IMG/VR virus record: IMGVR_UViG_3300042988_000213 | Coordinates: 1 to 37,740 of that record | Reading direction: 5' to 3' (one strand) | Length of the DNA: 37,740 nucleotides | Source of the DNA: a virus | Lineage: Duplodnaviria > Caudoviricetes | In this document: piece by piece, positions 16,801 to 22,757 of the stretch | Layout of the letters: the number at the start of each line of letters is the position of its first letter | Position numbering within the stretch: position 1 is the stretch's first letter | The notes under the pieces: model-generated | What the model saw: only the letters and a program-made list of their open reading frames with translations | What the model was told of the DNA's origin: nothing | The model's database searches: none | Program-made: the position numbers and the translations under genes

Positions 16801-18969
16801 GACGAGCGCAAGATGATCAGCGACGTGATCGAGGGCGAACTCAAGCGTGGCGTCAAGCCCGCCAAGCGAGTGCTCGAGGTGGCTGCATCCATGCAGTCGA
16901 TCATGTCCGAGCAGAGCGCTGAGCTGGTCCGTCTGGGCATGCTGACCTCCGACGCAGCCAGCCGCTGGGACGGCAAGTACCTGCCACGCTTCTACGAGCA
17001 GACGCTCAAGAACGAAGCCAGCCAGTGGGCCAAGGCAGCCAAGGCATTGCTTGGCCGCAAGAAGACCATGCAAGGCATCAAGGGGTCCAACCTCAAAGGC
17101 CGTGGCATCTTTGAGACGATCCCCGTGGACGAGCTGGAAGCTTGGCTGGCCGAGGGCTGGGAAGAGCGCGATCCGAACTTCGACCCAGCCACCGACACCG
17201 AGATCACCGTCTGGCGCGACTACACCCGTGCTGAGCGGGAGAACATGGGCGAGATCCGCGACGCCATGTTCCGCTTCGTCATGGGCTACATGAAGAGCCA
17301 GCGCGACGTGGCCCTTGGCCGCCTGTACGAAAACCTCGCCGATACGGTGGCCAGCAAGTCCGAGAAGGAAGGCTACGTGCAGGTGCCCAAGACCAACATT
17401 GAGAACACCAAAGCCCCTCGCTACGGCAAGCTGTCTGGCAAGTGGGTGCCACAAGAGGTGCTTGACCACCTGAGCGCTTTCGACGGCAGCATGGAGAATG
17501 AACTGCTCAAGGTCTATCGCAAGGGCCTGTCCATGTGGAAGGAAGGCAAGACCGTGCTGAACCCGGTTGCGCACGCCAACAACGTGCTGTCCAACCTGAC
17601 CATGGCCCACTTCGCTGGCGTGTCCTACTGGGACGCCAACAAGTACCTTGGTGCCGCACGCGACATCGTCAAGGGCGCACCGATGCTGACCGAGGCCCGC
17701 GAGGCTGGCCTGTTCGGCGGCACCGTGTCGCAGGCTGAACTGGTGAGCATGCTGCCTGACCAGCTCAAGGTGCTGGCCGCAAAGACAGAGTCCAATGTGG
17801 GCAAGATTGTCGACACGGCGTGGAACGCCATGTCGTTCTTCCTGCGCAAGCCTCTTGGTGTGGCGTACGAAGCCGAAGACCTGTACTTCCGCTACCTGAT
17901 CTATCGCGACGCACGCGCCAAGGGCATGGACCCAGAGGACGCGGTGACCTACGCTCAGCAGTACATCTTCACCTACGACGACCTGCCCAAGGGCGCACGC
18001 ACGATCCGCGACGCACCGATCGGCATCCCGTTCTTCTCGTGGACCTACAAGGCGATCCCGATGATTGCCCGCACGGCTCTCGAGTACCCCTGGCGCATGG
18101 CTGCCCCTGCGGCTGCCATGTACGCGGCCAACGCGGCCATGTATGCCATCGCTGCTGGCGCTGATGCCGGTGACGACGAGCCATGGTGGGAGGCGCTCAA
18201 GCGCTACGTCATGGATGCTGAGTTCCGCGAGCAGGCCAAGCAGCTCGAGCAGCAGGAGCGCAAGAACCTGCCTGAGTGGCAGAAGGGCTTCAGTTCGATC
18301 GGCACGCCCAAGGCGATCCGTCTGGGCAACGATGACCTGACCAACCTGCCTCTGTTCTTGGACGTCAGCCGGATCTTCCCAGGCGGCGATCTGGGCGACT
18401 TCCACAACAACCTGGGGGGTGTGCCCCTCCCGGCCTGGTTGACGCCAAATAACCCTGTTCTGACGAGCCTGACGGCCTTCCTGCAGAACAAGGACTCGTT
18501 CACCGGCAAGGAGATCGTCAGCGCGAAGCTCGACACCGGCGGCGAGAAGTCAGCCAAGTGGGGCGAGTATGCGTGGCGTCAGTTCGCACCGGCCGTCGCT
18601 CCGTTCAACTACCACTTCGATCGCACGATGAATTCAGTGGCCAACGCCACCGGCTCGACGATTGATCTGGGCGTGAAGGAATACACGGGCGTGGACAAGA
18701 TGGGCCAGCCTGTGCAGCCCAAGTACGCGGCCATGCAGACGTTCGGCCTCAAGGTCCGCCCGACAGACCTCGAGGTCTCCGAGCAGATCGAAGAGTCTCA
18801 GCGCAAGCAGTTGATCCGTGAACTCGACAAGCAGATCCGCCAGATCAAGCGCCTTGAAAACAAGGGCTACTACAGCGAGGAGAAGGCCGAGGCGATCACC
18901 GATCCGATCCGCGAGAAGCGCCAGCGCCTGAAGGAAGGCCTGACGATCGACGGCGAGGAGCGGGAATAA
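7891..18969 (+). CDS. Giant polyvalent (probably virion-ejected) protein, 3692 aa: 2 HExxH zincin domains, 4 ART-like domains, ParB/Srx-like domain, uncharacterised domains, helical C-terminal domain
   Basis: Uninterrupted 11-kb ORF; SLHEFTH and AVHEILHH; three FKxxFGxSKVVD…YHGT…G(Y/F)DG…PEQ(I/L)KSA modules plus LYHHT…VYLTT; VSEGNHR. Confidence 0.9.
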   Translation: MKFDINAARSSGYSDDEIAEYLATENKFDLSGALKSGYSASEVIGFLSGADAAPVEAVTDTGDESARLAARYKAPEKPGLIERAASAISSVLPKPVDPMGIASGKPLGSTPIRAEEPVKQSKAPTPYRDRREALDDAVNLLEEGADQGAVTEAFGKAGIKFDEIVAHGQKRGSEYFKQQTVPQVDTEVARLAARYPAPQTTDEIKPYETSVGEDIANFAKRVSGRSSQAFTGLLANTGVINEDQAAAALARDERRIQAARAPESIQAGFEEIGQAKTYGEAVTALARNPGATATMLAESVLMTAPVLAASAARLPAVGLAAATGGFSASLEYGGAMADVLSERRIDMLDANKLAAALKDPEIIAEIRDKGTKRGLTIGIIDGLTAGIAGKFLEPVQKTIAAGKLASDAARRATVGAWAKELGVQVAGGSGGEFAAQQLTGENKPADVLLEGLGEGVSAPFEARSNLAASRKLDPLQQIAQEIEGTNIDVAGGVDGRVRTLLNPNAYDSTLISPEQTTRQAGDVGPSAPVQTQDASAPANPQRTRLIELETVARGGTSYTYPTAGGESVTVEIPEGRSLSEQERTELGDLRMGRSQPISFTPADSPTARAGLAPIVVPVPSGAPITQEQKTELPPVNPEIEQQFGLDTLRMGTTNVGTTGGTGAAPAVGGVAGSDQRSGGVDLPGLDAAGTGQLSGGDAGLPATNAGADVPARGAGGQPTASLSAENNNAVGQPVEQWVGRKGGGYETEADAKQALPGRQRMFPALDWTVEQMPGGKFRLAGYEQQSSQPAPTVGTTEAGAGVTQPTQAAPITSETASSAQAAPAQGPAITSETAAPITAPSGKPFSTEKTAAVYAQQNGITGYSTVKMDGGWVIKPTETTLGTQAPQAIQATQEGQQAPAVGGAATTASSIRQPQAGVLRNAPTGGSIESQQIRDTYQAELDAVKEPIKLNAPTPEAEAQVEGFGNALGKVFGIDRPVVAFSDSTAPNGFAFKGQAFVNTADVEIGVQRTSLHEFTHLIEAIAEADTQSGKTGTAAQNFIKQIYSVFDDVSDDFKRVYVEKYLHAADLKDLKGDEREAAIQGYLKSQKLRSEITADFMGNRANDRAFLEDLAEKDPNGFESFVQKWISLIDNLMQKLRGAPAQERGPQAAVDRAVKDLAKAKMVARDALIAYRKGSMKERRQASSAGVTQGRVTQATAMAGNSQPMASNRAAPETPEFKKFFGNSKVVDAAGNPMVVYHGTNADVTAFDDTASGANSGNRGFLGRGFYFSSSPQSASMYAGVTRPQGTDTWRRTDGGNVMPVYLSLQNPLEISEKGLSKKAADALNSVPVTGLKFFEGDRGVDGDLALAVEQNPELSDAIRSALTALGYDGVIVDGGREIVAFRPEQIKSATGNDGQFDASNPDIRRSNRAATEANKTVDVNGVELPLNDDGTVTLYHHTDKASADQIRASGQLRSKGEPDVYLTTRQQADTGYGDTAVAVQVDPAKLTLDDEFPDGRTDFRMSVGKPGGSVSVVAEQGDNVMPPEQINADGIMFSLRKVEEINDAPEITMKDLVGQTVFPILADLTAAGYVYMGKELRGGPYYTLLPSNSKAGLIWANDGKGVASIKNKKAARGVIGLIVAMKQDSHATNNTVANIIFRAVEDEIQKGSVAKADIPKLDDIVRGLATRTATKTRKVDGKKVKETKQVFPKFADFPGFSDRAASEKFLRAMPFEARGLFFEEMTKPTVEDLGLGVIRKVINDTVEPDLRGLNMGDVVMAIRFDPNADTIELGEKTGTPEHDSYRYGVKGEVIGKFKRPISFENVFVELMKERRAAGKDRPAGNYRSLTLRKPEQLITEEIAGGVGQEKYKTFKTPAEAKAAVAVAAMDWKVIDRPAAAGVKEFLRTARIYGEGKVPSFGEAKMLIKDGRLRIFRLANTESWFSIESRGNKRVMTHAMVAQPGVERDMLFGDMVFQARANGATHIEEGGKVEPITEQKAMRRVAPIVSELSEMPDADIKNLGIDPKEVDRLNGLIGEGEEEFSAEALPVYSNRVTDTPAFKRWFGDSKVVDTEGKPLIMYHGTAQDISTFRAKQAKAIFVTSDPDFAEGFAGMSEAWMLKNYEQVLTQEQIEAAFDEAESAIRQELRSAVVADVEVAKLRGGKPTGIAQEKLSAALSEQMPSGPNIIPVYVSAQNPFDFENPDHIEMLKEYERDNRYTPRSISFSIGSIETGYWEEIERPTIQAALKDLGFDGFYVEEDGKKNLAVYKPEQLKSAIGNNGEFDPANPDIRMSNRATFREDIPREEWLAEKIEDAELGGKNEFGVPRRMGPATGYFSRPLNLPTYLLGTLRGERGEQENVRESSLEYIRSNWDEVKQEPAYVEVDPFGRAWVSEGNHRIMVARELGEKTFPTEVKYFSGGQRKAGPWAPDELLQLDERVDIRASNRVLEDRSGLSRLPYQGYVKAEVPRVQAARKMAGILAKLDAGQITQNEFELQVRELSERMALVSATKDANKIVSERARGADIVREKLIAARRRGEIESDTAEFALWALQQNPAMAEGLGISVREQPENQRGAAGDYNPAAAIMRVFKGASKATTAVHEILHHTERMMPEAVQTGIRKEWAKAYAKALNSAKPAQREALEKMLAAMAGDQKAQADVRDAFNDGTLDADVHYQLVNPSEFWAVNATDILQRRYEAGSWIGKAKQWLREMVQKAKGLVGMRSNAPVLRGLEAVLNSDGERQSKKMLSEGKVFEDISAPDTNAFKRWFGDSKVVDAEGRPLVVYHGTGSDITAFDAKNPRMRDGKLGKGIYLTPSTQKANFFANLRAKDGSPNVMPLYAAITNPFEIFGESNRPVSGVDQASLIAKGYDGVVLYGDDGAMQEIVAFRPEQIKSAIGNNGEFDPENPDIRKSNRVQPTDWRDEAGRVRFMPGAVAYRYAADIANKLLDKTPLIGSLKPIDKDLALAMRRMKTEIENAQTRTAGVASKLGELPEDERKMISDVIEGELKRGVKPAKRVLEVAASMQSIMSEQSAELVRLGMLTSDAASRWDGKYLPRFYEQTLKNEASQWAKAAKALLGRKKTMQGIKGSNLKGRGIFETIPVDELEAWLAEGWEERDPNFDPATDTEITVWRDYTRAERENMGEIRDAMFRFVMGYMKSQRDVALGRLYENLADTVASKSEKEGYVQVPKTNIENTKAPRYGKLSGKWVPQEVLDHLSAFDGSMENELLKVYRKGLSMWKEGKTVLNPVAHANNVLSNLTMAHFAGVSYWDANKYLGAARDIVKGAPMLTEAREAGLFGGTVSQAELVSMLPDQLKVLAAKTESNVGKIVDTAWNAMSFFLRKPLGVAYEAEDLYFRYLIYRDARAKGMDPEDAVTYAQQYIFTYDDLPKGARTIRDAPIGIPFFSWTYKAIPMIARTALEYPWRMAAPAAAMYAANAAMYAIAAGADAGDDEPWWEALKRYVMDAEFREQAKQLEQQERKNLPEWQKGFSSIGTPKAIRLGNDDLTNLPLFLDVSRIFPGGDLGDFHNNLGGVPLPAWLTPNNPVLTSLTAFLQNKDSFTGKEIVSAKLDTGGEKSAKWGEYAWRQFAPAVAPFNYHFDRTMNSVANATGSTIDLGVKEYTGVDKMGQPVQPKYAAMQTFGLKVRPTDLEVSEQIEESQRKQLIRELDKQIRQIKRLENKGYYSEEKAEAITDPIREKRQRLKEGLTIDGEERE
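9851..10057 (+). CDS. Putative overprinted 68-aa gene nested in the +1 frame of the giant ORF
   Basis: GGGGA SD-like sequence upstream of ATG 9851; GC3-rich codons in this frame while the host frame becomes A/T3-rich, low-complexity Gly/Ala/Thr. Confidence 0.6.
   Translation: MSAQLAELEPRLQWAVSQGAISVAEAWTFQDLMLLAPDNSVVEMPDCLQPMLGRMFLLEVQADNRLPA
10532..10714 (+). CDS. Putative second overprinted 60-aa basic gene nested in the +1 frame of the giant ORF
   Basis: GGAG at 10521-10524, TTG start 7 nt later; codon bias shifts to the +1 frame. Confidence 0.4.
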   Translation: MALKPLKPSKQRKKDSKHQPSVELQPLPVQFDSPKREYCATHRLAEALSRSKSETPTKQS

Positions 18970-18970
18970 G

Positions 18971-18997
18971 AAAGGGGGCCAGTTGGCCCCCGTTCTT
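18971..18997. terminator. Terminator hairpin between convergent transcription units
   Basis: GGGGGCC-AGTT-GGCCCCC flanked by AAGAAA and GTTCTT. Confidence 0.8.
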
Positions 18998-19584
18998 CAG
19001 ACGAACTCTCGAAGGTCCGGCGGCTTCCAGCCGTCTGGTTTACCTATTTTTCCACCCTCAAGGATGACGGGCTTGCCATCCACCAGCTTGGCGTCGTTGG
19101 ATGCAAGCACCGCAACGTCGGCAGCAGGCTTGTTGAAGCCCGCCATGTAGGCCACGCCATTGCCCGTGACCTCGCTGTCGCACAGGGCGTCCAGCGCGTC
19201 CGTGCGCAGGTGAATTGGGATGTAGACCTGCTGCTCCTTGCGCTTGAGCTTGCTGGCAAACCACTCCAGATCCAGCCGGGTGCGATCCAGCAGCTTGGCG
19301 TAGCCCTCGCTGTCGGTGCGCAGGGTCTTGAGGAACTCGCAGAACTCCTCAAGGTGGCAGCCGATCTGGGTGTTCAGGTCAACGGGGTTCGGCTCCTTGC
19401 CGCAGGCCTTGAGCCAGCGGGCGGTGCGGTCGTAGTTGGTCAGGTGCTCGCGCTGCAGGGCATGTACGGCACTGATGGCCATCTGGTGCGCGCCGCTGGT
19501 CTCCTGGCCGCCTTCCATGCCGAAGTCCACGCGGATGCCGACCTCGTCGCCAGCGTCTTCAAATGTCACTGTTGCTTTGCTCAT
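18997..19584 (-). CDS. MazG-like/all-alpha NTP pyrophosphohydrolase
   Basis: HLEEFCEF…DALDALCD…SNDAK…GKIGKPDGWKPPDL motifs; ATG at 19584 overlaps the upstream stop. Confidence 0.8.
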   Translation of the reverse strand: MSKATVTFEDAGDEVGIRVDFGMEGGQETSGAHQMAISAVHALQREHLTNYDRTARWLKACGKEPNPVDLNTQIGCHLEEFCEFLKTLRTDSEGYAKLLDRTRLDLEWFASKLKRKEQQVYIPIHLRTDALDALCDSEVTGNGVAYMAGFNKPAADVAVLASNDAKLVDGKPVILEGGKIGKPDGWKPPDLREFV

Positions 19585-19901
19585 TCCGTGTCTCCTCCCT
19601 CGGTGTCGGCCACTTGCTTGGCCCGCATCCATTTCGGCAAGACCGGGTACATCTTGCCGTCGTGATCGATCAGCATCGGCTCGGTCAGGTGGTCCTGCCG
19701 GGTGACGTGGCAACCATGGATCTCGCCCGGCTCAAAGCCTTCCTCGACGTTGTTCTCCTTGCGGATCTCCTCGAGCCACCAGCCGGGTGCGGCGATGACG
19801 GGCAGAGGGGTTTCGGACCACTTCTCTGGGGGGATCTGCTCTTTGAGTGCCTGCAGTGCATGCTGCACATTGGCGACGCTGTAGACGGTGGTAGTGCTCA
19901 T
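19581..19901 (-). CDS. Hypothetical protein
   Basis: SD GGAGGGG before ATG 19901; coupled to both neighbours. Confidence 0.75.
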   Translation of the reverse strand: MSTTTVYSVANVQHALQALKEQIPPEKWSETPLPVIAAPGWWLEEIRKENNVEEGFEPGEIHGCHVTRQDHLTEPMLIDHDGKMYPVLPKWMRAKQVADTEGGDTE

Positions 19902-19902
19902 T

Positions 19903-20142
19903 TCAACCCCTCCATGTGATGGCCTTGACTGCCCACATCTGGGCGGTCTGGGCTTCAGTGATGGCGACGCTGGCCATGCGCTTGACTTCGGTGTCTTCGG
20001 TCGCGATGCGCAGGTCATTCATTTGATTGATGACGATGGCGAACGCAGCCTTGCAGGCGTTCACGGCAGGGTCGCCGCTGGGGTTGAAGGTGAGACCGAC
20101 AGCTTTTTCGCCGAAGCTCAGCTCTTGTTTTGCGTGTTCCAT
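19903..20142 (-). CDS. Acb2/Tad1-like helical hairpin protein (candidate immune-signal sponge)
   Basis: GEKAVGLTFNPSG…RMASVAITEAQTAQMWAVKAITW resembles the Acb2/Tad1 hairpin; SD GAAAGG. Confidence 0.6.
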   Translation of the reverse strand: MEHAKQELSFGEKAVGLTFNPSGDPAVNACKAAFAIVINQMNDLRIATEDTEVKRMASVAITEAQTAQMWAVKAITWRG

Positions 20143-20164
20143 TTTTGCCTTTCGTGGTTGATGA

Positions 20165-20195
20165 GATATAAGCATTGTGATTATACGGTGTCCAA
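20165..20195 (-). promoter_or_regulatory. Promoter of the 3-gene cassette, overlapped by an ATCACAATGC motif
   Basis: Minus strand reads TTGGACACCGTATAATCACAATGCTTATATC. Confidence 0.65.
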
Positions 20196-20395
20196 TACCT
20201 CGATGTCACAAGTGAAAACGCCGAGGTCCATGGCGGGGTACAAAGTCTTGTGAATTGGACGTGATACTTGAGAAGTGCATTGGGAATCAAGAGGTTGCGA
20301 AACAATGTGGAGAGAATGACCGATTACTTTAACTGCCTGAAGAACCGCATGGTTGCTGAGTCCATCACCCCGTCTTTTTGGACTGTCCAAAACTC
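20186..20395. other. Candidate attP region
   Basis: Non-coding stretch downstream of int; IHF consensus AATCAAGAGGTTG (20285-20297); repeated GTCCA(A)/TGGAC arm-like sites, including palindrome TTTTGGAC-T-GTCCAAAA. Confidence 0.6.
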
Positions 20396-21345
20396 GGGCC
20401 GTCCACCACCGGCACGGTGCGGTCTCGCAAGTAGCGCTGCGTCATCTTGCGATCGGTGTGGCCAAGCAGTGCCTGCGGGTCGTGACCCTGTGCCTGAGCC
20501 TCGGTGCCGGACATGGCGCGCAGGTCGTGGATGTTGGCGTCCTCGACACCGGCGGCGGCGCACGCCTTGGTCCACTGCTTCCAGATCATGTGGTAGGTCG
20601 GGGCCTGCTTGTTGACGCCCTTGAGCAGGTACTTCATGCCGACGATGCCGCCGTGCAGGGCCTTGGCTTGGTCGACAGCAGCGCGCAGCTCGGGCGTCCA
20701 TGCGACCATGAGCCTTGCACCGGTCTTCTGCTGCTCGATGTAGATGCCATCAGCCTGCAGGTCGGTGCGCTTGATGGTGAGCACGTCGCCAATGCGCTGG
20801 CCGGTGAAGTAGCACAGGTCCATGATGACCTGCAGCAGCGGCTTGGCCTTGGCTCGGATGGCTCGGTACTCGGCGGGCAGGATGCGCCGGGTGCGGGTTT
20901 GCTGGGCGAAGCGCTTGATGCCCACGCAGGGGTTGGACTCGATGAGCTGCTCCTCGAGGGCGTAGTCGAACACCATGCGCAGCACGGTCAGCGTGCGGTT
21001 GGCCACCGCATAGGTGTCGGCCATCGAACGGCGGATCTGTGCAATGTGCCGGGGCGTGACTTGATGAGGCGCGAACTCGGCCAAGATCTCGCGCAGCTTT
21101 TTGGCCGCCTGCTTGTACTGCTTGACCGTCGCGTCGGCCTTGCCCTTGAGTATGTGCGGCAGCGCCTCGTCGATCAGCTCCTGCATGCCGCCCTGCTTGA
21201 CGTCGTGGCGGTGCGCGTACTCGGCCAAGGCCTTGGTCAGGTCAGACCCGAGGCGGGTCCACTTTCCTGCTTTGACGAGGTAGTAGGCCCCGTGGCGGTG
21301 GTAGACGCAGGGCGGGAGATGGCGATCCAGTTTGCGTGGGCGCAT
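20365..21345 (-). CDS. int: Tyrosine recombinase (phage integrase)
   Basis: TGQRIGD, QQKTG, HDLRA, LLGH…TQRY catalytic R-K-H-R-H-Y set. Confidence 0.95.
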   Translation of the reverse strand: MRPRKLDRHLPPCVYHRHGAYYLVKAGKWTRLGSDLTKALAEYAHRHDVKQGGMQELIDEALPHILKGKADATVKQYKQAAKKLREILAEFAPHQVTPRHIAQIRRSMADTYAVANRTLTVLRMVFDYALEEQLIESNPCVGIKRFAQQTRTRRILPAEYRAIRAKAKPLLQVIMDLCYFTGQRIGDVLTIKRTDLQADGIYIEQQKTGARLMVAWTPELRAAVDQAKALHGGIVGMKYLLKGVNKQAPTYHMIWKQWTKACAAAGVEDANIHDLRAMSGTEAQAQGHDPQALLGHTDRKMTQRYLRDRTVPVVDGPSFGQSKKTG

Positions 21346-21484
21346 GCAAATCCTTGGTGAAGACGACGACGGAGCCGTCCTGTCGGGTGCGGTAGGGCAC
21401 GCCAAGCGAGTCGAGCGCCCGGCGCTGGGCCGAGGCTCGGGTCCGCTGGGTGAGCTTGCGCAGCTCGTCAGGACTGAGGATCAC
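21242..21484 (-). CDS. xis: Excisionase-like protein (DUF4224-type), overlapping the start of int
   Basis: GTG start; LSPDELRKLT…AQRRALDSLGVPY…DGSVVV pattern; adjacent to int. Confidence 0.7.
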   Translation of the reverse strand: MILSPDELRKLTQRTRASAQRRALDSLGVPYRTRQDGSVVVFTKDLHAPTQTGSPSPALRLPPPRGLLPRQSRKVDPPRV

Positions 21485-21600
21485 AGCATGCCCCACCCGG
21501 CCATGAAAATGGCCCACATGATTCGCATTGTGATACCCATGAGGAACAGGCAGCCGCCCCACAGGGCCACCAACGCGGCGACGTTGACGAGGTTCTTCAC
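21481..21600 (-). CDS. 39-aa hydrophobic membrane peptide
   Basis: MKNLVNVAALVALWGGCLFLMGITMRIMWAIFMAGWGML; GTGA overlaps with both neighbours. Confidence 0.55.
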   Translation of the reverse strand: MKNLVNVAALVALWGGCLFLMGITMRIMWAIFMAGWGML

Positions 21601-21809
21601 TGCTTGGCCTCTTCGGTCTCGATCAGCTTCTGCAGGTAGTGCTGCGCCTTGCGCAGGTCATCCAGGCCGCCCTTGTCTCGCCATCGGCTGACGTACTTGA
21701 TGACGTTACCCTCCATGTACGGGATCTCGTTGGAGATGATGTAGTCCCACGGCTGGATGGCTTGGCTTTTGTAGTGGGTGCCTGCCACTTGGATTTCGTT
21801 CGCGCTCAT
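21597..21809 (-). CDS. DUF3310 (SaV-like) protein
   Basis: QVAGTHY…IQPWDYI…GNVIKYVSRWRDKGGLDDLRKAQHYL. Confidence 0.85.
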   Translation of the reverse strand: MSANEIQVAGTHYKSQAIQPWDYIISNEIPYMEGNVIKYVSRWRDKGGLDDLRKAQHYLQKLIETEEAKQ

Positions 21810-21820
21810 GTTTTCTTTCT

Positions 21821-22015
21821 TCAGAAAGGGATCTCGTCGTATTCGTACTCATCGCACCCCACCGCCTGCACATCTGCTGGCGGCACGGCTTGAAACTTCT
21901 TGCACTGCCCGGCGGCGAAGTGATCGCAGTTGCCGCAGTGGATCTTGATCGCCTCCAGCGTGCGCAGTTCGCGGCGGAACAACTGGATCATCGTTTGGAT
22001 TTCTATGCGCTTCAT
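21821..22015 (-). CDS. Small Cys4 protein with an acidic DEIPF tail
   Basis: CGNC…C…C; ends YEYDEIPF. Confidence 0.75.
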   Translation of the reverse strand: MKRIEIQTMIQLFRRELRTLEAIKIHCGNCDHFAAGQCKKFQAVPPADVQAVGCDEYEYDEIPF

Positions 22016-22755
22016 GCTGCGCTTCTTTCTTCATTAATGTGATACTGCCAGAGCATGCCATAAGCTGTTTTTCGCTTGCCGTTGCAGGCGGCGCATATGT
22101 TCCAGTCTCGCGCATTTGGTTTGCCGTTTGCCTTCAGCCATCTGACTGCATCCCCAATTGAGTCGAATGCGATGGCTGCGTCGATGCACATAACTGGCTT
22201 AGAGCCGTAATGACTCTTTCCCGTCTTGCCGCGCATAGGGTGGTAGCCATTGATGAGTGCATCACTGATCTTCTTGCCGGTCTCGGGAGATGGCTTGTAG
22301 CCAGATGCCATCAATGTCTGAAGTCGCTTCTTCTTTGCTTCTTCCGTAATCTTCCGGCCAAACATTGGGTTGCCAATCCCCTTGCGACTTTCGCTCATAA
22401 TCTTCTTCGTGCTTTCTCCCATCGGACGACCGGGCCTGCCGCGCAACGATTCGGCAATCTTGTCTCTTACCTCTTGCGTTGGGTCGCAAAGTCCATCGCC
22501 CCCGCGCGTCATGTTGCAAAGCGCAATACCCATATCCCGTAAGCACCAGATCAAGAACACTTCATGATCAAGTGCTTCTTTGGAGCTTCTCCAGTTCGCA
22601 ACGATCTCAACAGTCACGCCGTGCTTCTGCACAATGTTGTGCCAGTGCGCGTTGCGCTTGGATGTTGACCATGCTCTTCTCTCCTTGCCTTTGCCGACAT
22701 AGAAGATTTCATTGGTGTCAGCCTTGCGGTGGATGTAGGTGTAATAGTTGATCAT
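22012..22755 (-). mobile_element. Free-standing GIY-YIG homing endonuclease with NUMOD3/NUMOD1-like DNA-binding repeats
   Basis: YYTYIHRK…FYVGKG…R…E…N GIY-YIG core; GNPMFGRK and HPMRGK repeats; ICAACNGKRKTAYG; lower GC. Confidence 0.85.
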
Positions 22756-22757
22756 GG

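Noticed and set aside
13954-18405. Long minus-strand ORFs (631 aa and 804 aa) opposite the giant gene
   Set aside because: Antisense shadow frames expected from strong GC3 bias; no motifs, SD or protein-like composition.
20186-20365. tRNA gene or fragment at the att site
   Set aside because: No cloverleaf or GTTCRA motif found on either strand.
22012-22755. Group I intron around the GIY-YIG gene
   Set aside because: Flanking genes are intact and abut the ORF directly, leaving no room for intron core structure.
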